Origin: Ignavibacteriota bacterium
Lineage (GTDB): Bacteria > Bacteroidota > Ignavibacteria > UBA10030
Reading direction: 5' to 3'
Assembly: GCA_963727825.1 (NCBI GenBank)
Contig: CAVSHO010000010.1
Span: 64,001-128,000 of the forward strand
Length of the DNA stretch: 64,000 nucleotides
How positions within the stretch are numbered: the first letter of the stretch is position 1; each line of letters opens with the position of its first letter. Both the position numbers and the translations under genes were made by a program. The notes under the pieces were generated by a model, which worked only from the letters and a program-made list of their open reading frames with translations, was not told the origin of the DNA and did no database searches. Shown here piece by piece: positions 63,233-64,000 of this stretch.

Positions 63233-63880
63233 ATGATACAAGCTGTGCTATTTGATCTTGACGGAGTATTAGTTTCAACCGACGAATATCATTATCGCTC
63301 ATGGAAAAAGTTGTCTGATGAAGAAGGATTTGATTTTTTCGATCAGGAGTTTAACCACAAATTTCGCGGTGTGGCTAGAATGGAATGCGTGGAAATAATA
63401 ACGAAAGCATCCGGAAAGAACTACTCTCCCGAGCAGAAACAGGAACTCGCTGATAGAAAGAACAGGTATTTCGCAGAGTCACTTTTATCGGTAACCACGG
63501 AAGTGCTTTTGCCCGGCGCTCTTTCTGCATTACACGAATTAAAAAGTCGTGGAATCAAGACAGCTGTTGCATCCAACAGCCGCAATGCTGTGACTATCAT
63601 CAGACAAGTAAAGATTGAGCATTTATTGGATGCAATCGTAGATGGGTACCAGATCGAGAATTCCAAACCTGACCCCGAGGTTTTTCTACTTGCCGCAAAA
63701 AATGTCGGCATTTCCCCCGCATATTGTCTTGTCGTTGAAGATGCTGTTGCTGGAATCGAATCCGCAAAACGCGCGGGCATGAAAGTTTTAGGCATCGGTA
63801 CGAAGGAACGGCTTCCTAATGCCAATATAGTCGTTCCAGATCTCTCTGCTATTTCAGTTGATGAATTATTAAAAATGTAA
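63233..63880 (+). CDS. Beta-phosphoglucomutase-like HAD phosphatase
   Basis: FDLDGVL, ASNSRNA, SKPDPEVFL, VEDAVAGI. Confidence 0.85.
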   Translation: MIQAVLFDLDGVLVSTDEYHYRSWKKLSDEEGFDFFDQEFNHKFRGVARMECVEIITKASGKNYSPEQKQELADRKNRYFAESLLSVTTEVLLPGALSALHELKSRGIKTAVASNSRNAVTIIRQVKIEHLLDAIVDGYQIENSKPDPEVFLLAAKNVGISPAYCLVVEDAVAGIESAKRAGMKVLGIGTKERLPNANIVVPDLSAISVDELLKM

Positions 63881-63957
63881 GTTATTGAATAAAATGCTCT
63901 CGTATCTTTAGAAAAGTAATAATTAACTCTTTCTCAATCTTATAAAGGAGTTTTTTC

Positions 63958-64000
63958 ATGAAGATCTATTCTACTGTATTTGCAACCATCATTGCTTTTA
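63958..64000 (+). CDS. 5' end of a probably secreted protein (truncated by window edge)
   Basis: AAAGGAG RBS, then MKIYSTVFATIIAF, which looks like a signal peptide. Confidence 0.5.
   Translation, partial: MKIYSTVFATIIAF

Noticed and set aside
1-64000. Numerous 60-160-aa ORFs overlapping or antisense to identified genes, and intergenic ORFs 23381-23563, 36607-36789, 46977-47255
   Set aside because: They are shadow frames without RBS or recognisable motifs.

Overview
A 64-kb stretch of bacterial chromosome, most likely from the Ignavibacteria/Chlorobi side of the FCB group. This is inferred from a 'YQNYPNPFNPST' T9SS-type C-terminal domain, a fused E1 alpha/beta gene and the gene order. Most of it is housekeeping: tRNA-Gln/Glu, prs-rplY-pth-rpsF-rpsR-rplI, korAB, nrnA, ndk, sucD, gatA, two tatA, purQS, pssA/psd, lipA-E2-E1-lipB-lpdA, smpB-tyrS-pdaD and cysE. 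It also holds a two-kinase plus HerA-like ATPase unit and a pectin/galacturonate cluster (PL9, two GH28, GH105, CE12, CE8, kduD, kduI, uxaC). The most unusual element is a tandem array at the tRNA-Gln(TTG) locus (10845-11498). There, one intact tRNA and three hairpin-remodelled tRNA copies alternate with an intact and an internally deleted GIY-YIG nuclease gene, whose stop codon is supplied by the tRNA 5' end. Other highlights are a probable cysteine-sensing leader-peptide attenuator upstream of cysE, nested palindromic elements, an attC-like site, and three leaderless pilin-like genes. Four single-base frameshifts in otherwise intact genes suggest assembly indel errors. All family assignments come from reading motifs by eye; no database searches were run.
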